In this document: positions 62,231 through 64,000 of the stretch, in pieces | Layout: each line of letters opens with the position of its first letter | How positions within the stretch are numbered: position 1 is the first letter of the stretch | The notes under the pieces: model-generated | Database searches by the model: none | The model's input: the letters and a program-made list of their open reading frames with translations, nothing else | Told to the model about the DNA's origin: nothing | Program-made: the position numbers and the translations under genes | Source of the DNA: an uncultured Acidobacteriota bacterium | Lineage (GTDB): Bacteria > Acidobacteriota > UBA6911 | Length of the DNA: 64,000 bases | Reading direction: 5' to 3' | Assembly (NCBI GenBank): GCA_963843575.1 | Contig: CAWJKZ010000011.1 | Location: 1 to 64,000 of the forward strand

Positions 62231-63067
62231 ATGGCCGCCAAAACAGTCGTTGCTGCCTTCGCCCTCCTTTGCTCCTTGACCGCACCGGCGCTGCCCCTCT
62301 GCGTCATGACGTTCAACCTGCGTTATGCCAGTCCGACCCCACCCCACTCCTGGTCCGAACGGCGGCCGGTGATGCGCAACTGCATCCGCCAGGTCGCGCC
62401 CGACGTGTTCGGGACCCAGGAAGGGCTCTACCCGCAATTGCAGGACCTCAAGGCCGACTTGCCCGAATATGACTGGATCGGGCTCGGGCGCGACGGCGGG
62501 AGCCGCGGGGAATTCATGGCCGTCTTCTACCGGCGGGAGCGGCTCGATCCGGTCGCGTATGACCATTTCTGGCTGTCGGACACGCCCGACGTCATGGGAT
62601 CCACCACCTGGGGCAATTCCAATCGGCGCATGGTCACCTGGGTGAGGTTTCGCGAACGGAGTTCGGGACGGGAGTTCTACTTCTGGAACACGCACCTCGA
62701 CCATCAGATCGAGCTGGCCCGGCAGAAGGGGGCCGCGCTCATCAAGGAGCGCGTCGCCCGGATAAACGACGGGCTGCCGACCCTGCTCGTCGGGGATTTC
62801 AACGCGGCCGCAGGGCGGAGCAAGGCGTACGAGATACTCGTCGAGCCGGGAGGGTTTACTGACACCTGGACGCTTGCCGCGGCCCGGGTCAACGAGCGGC
62901 TCAGCACGTTCCACGGTTTCGAGAAGCCGGTCGAGCAGGGGGAGCGCATCGACTGGATCCTGGCGCGCGGGGAAGTGACGGTCTCGAAAATCGAGATCGT
63001 CACCTGTTCCGAGAACGGCCAGGCTCCCAGCGACCATTTCCCCGTAGCCGCATGGCTGAGCTTCTAG
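62231..63067 (+). CDS. Endonuclease/exonuclease/phosphatase family protein, secreted
   Basis: VMTFNLRY, GTQEG, FWLS.TP, NTHLDH, GDFN, RIDWI, SDHFPV. Confidence 0.9.
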   Translation: MAAKTVVAAFALLCSLTAPALPLCVMTFNLRYASPTPPHSWSERRPVMRNCIRQVAPDVFGTQEGLYPQLQDLKADLPEYDWIGLGRDGGSRGEFMAVFYRRERLDPVAYDHFWLSDTPDVMGSTTWGNSNRRMVTWVRFRERSSGREFYFWNTHLDHQIELARQKGAALIKERVARINDGLPTLLVGDFNAAAGRSKAYEILVEPGGFTDTWTLAAARVNERLSTFHGFEKPVEQGERIDWILARGEVTVSKIEIVTCSENGQAPSDHFPVAAWLSF

Positions 63068-63077
63068 CATGTGGCCA

Positions 63078-63142
63078 AGTGGGCCGCGTCGGCTCGACGC
63101 GGCCCGGATTTTGTGGGCGGGGGCGGCCCGCCCCCGCCCACT
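63078..63142. repeat. REP-like double hairpin, family C
   Basis: Matches 56965-57036. Confidence 0.7.
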
Positions 63143-63185
63143 CGGAAATGCTGTAGAATAGCTGCATCTTGCGGCGAGGTTTGGT

Positions 63186-64000
63186 TTGAACATCCGCGAA
63201 CACGTCGATGTCGTCGCGCAGCCGACCGTGGTGCGCCTGGAGCACCTTCTGGCCGAGGATGCGCGCTGGATCAGCGACAGCTACTACGTCACGGAGGAAA
63301 TCGAGGCGCACCTCGCCGCCCTGCGCACCCTTTTCGCCAAGGACGAAGGAAGCGGTATCTTCCTGATAGGCCACTACGGCTCGGGAAAATCGCACTTCCT
63401 GGCCTATGTCGCCCAGCAGCTGCGCGCGAAGGCGTTCGCGTCGCGCAACCCTGGGGTGATCCCGGTGTCGCTCCTGAACTACCGGGCCGAGCAGCCGCTG
63501 GAGTCGATCCTGCAACTCGAGCTTCAGCTCCCCGAGGCCGCGCAAGACCGGCGCGAGGTCTGGAAGCGGGTGGCACGCCGCTACCCCGCCGGCCTGCTGC
63601 TCGTCATCGACGAGCTGTCGGAGTTCCTGCGCTCCAAGCCTTCGGCCCAGGCCTTCAACGAGGATCTCCGGTTCCTGCAGTTTCTCGGCGAGTGGGCCCA
63701 GGGACACCGGTTGTGGATCGTGGCGGCACTGCAGGAACAGATCGAACACACGGGTGAGATAGAGTACGACCTCTTCCGCAAGATCAAGGACCGCTACCCG
63801 GTCCGGTTGCTCCTGACCCCGTCGCACGTCCGCGACCTGATTGCGCGGCGGATCCTGCGCAAGAAGGACTCGTATGCGGCCGCCGTCGAGAAGCTGGCGC
63901 AGGAGCTGAAGCAGATTTACCCGGCGCTGCCGGCGGGCGTCGCGGACATCTGCGACATTTACCCGATCCACCCGGCGACGCTGGAGCTGCTCGAAGAGGT
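63186..64000 (+). CDS. Large P-loop ATPase, BrxC/PglY (DUF6079)-like; partial, runs off window
   Basis: Hand translation: GIFLIGHYGSGKSHFL, LLVIDELSEFLRSK, DLRFLQFLGE, KIKDRY, IYPIHPATLELLE. Confidence 0.7.
   Translation, partial: MNIREHVDVVAQPTVVRLEHLLAEDARWISDSYYVTEEIEAHLAALRTLFAKDEGSGIFLIGHYGSGKSHFLAYVAQQLRAKAFASRNPGVIPVSLLNYRAEQPLESILQLELQLPEAAQDRREVWKRVARRYPAGLLLVIDELSEFLRSKPSAQAFNEDLRFLQFLGEWAQGHRLWIVAALQEQIEHTGEIEYDLFRKIKDRYPVRLLLTPSHVRDLIARRILRKKDSYAAAVEKLAQELKQIYPALPAGVADICDIYPIHPATLELLEE

Overview
GC-rich bacterial DNA; the gene content suggests Acidobacteriota (inference). Positions 1-2854 hold a decayed ISKra4-family element with a DUF4338 passenger. The main feature is a Tad/Flp (type IVc) pilus locus split into two divergently transcribed arms. 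The left arm is tadG-tadE-tadE (2963-5087, minus). The right arm is flp-flp-cpaB-cpaC-cpaE-cpaF-tadB-tadC, then a small peptide, DUF192, a TPR/SPOR protein, a beta-barrel and a large Ig-repeat protein (31795-45645, plus). Between the arms lies a ~26 kb island made almost entirely of ten GT-C-type membrane glycosyltransferases (three GT87-like), four paralogous membrane-anchored FkbM methyltransferases sharing a C-terminal CGxC motif, two more SAM-fold enzymes and one CDP-sugar epimerase. No soluble GT, flippase or polymerase gene is recognisable there. This is the best candidate for an undescribed system: a pilus/surface glyco-methyl decoration cassette. From about 45.7 kb the DNA carries three REP families and encodes hydrolases (M1 peptidase, GH78, ceramidase-like, tricorn), an Rpn-like nuclease with an apparent nested gene, and the start of a BrxC/PglY-like ATPase. 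Many single-base frameshifts suggest assembly indel errors. All family calls come from motif recognition, not database searches.
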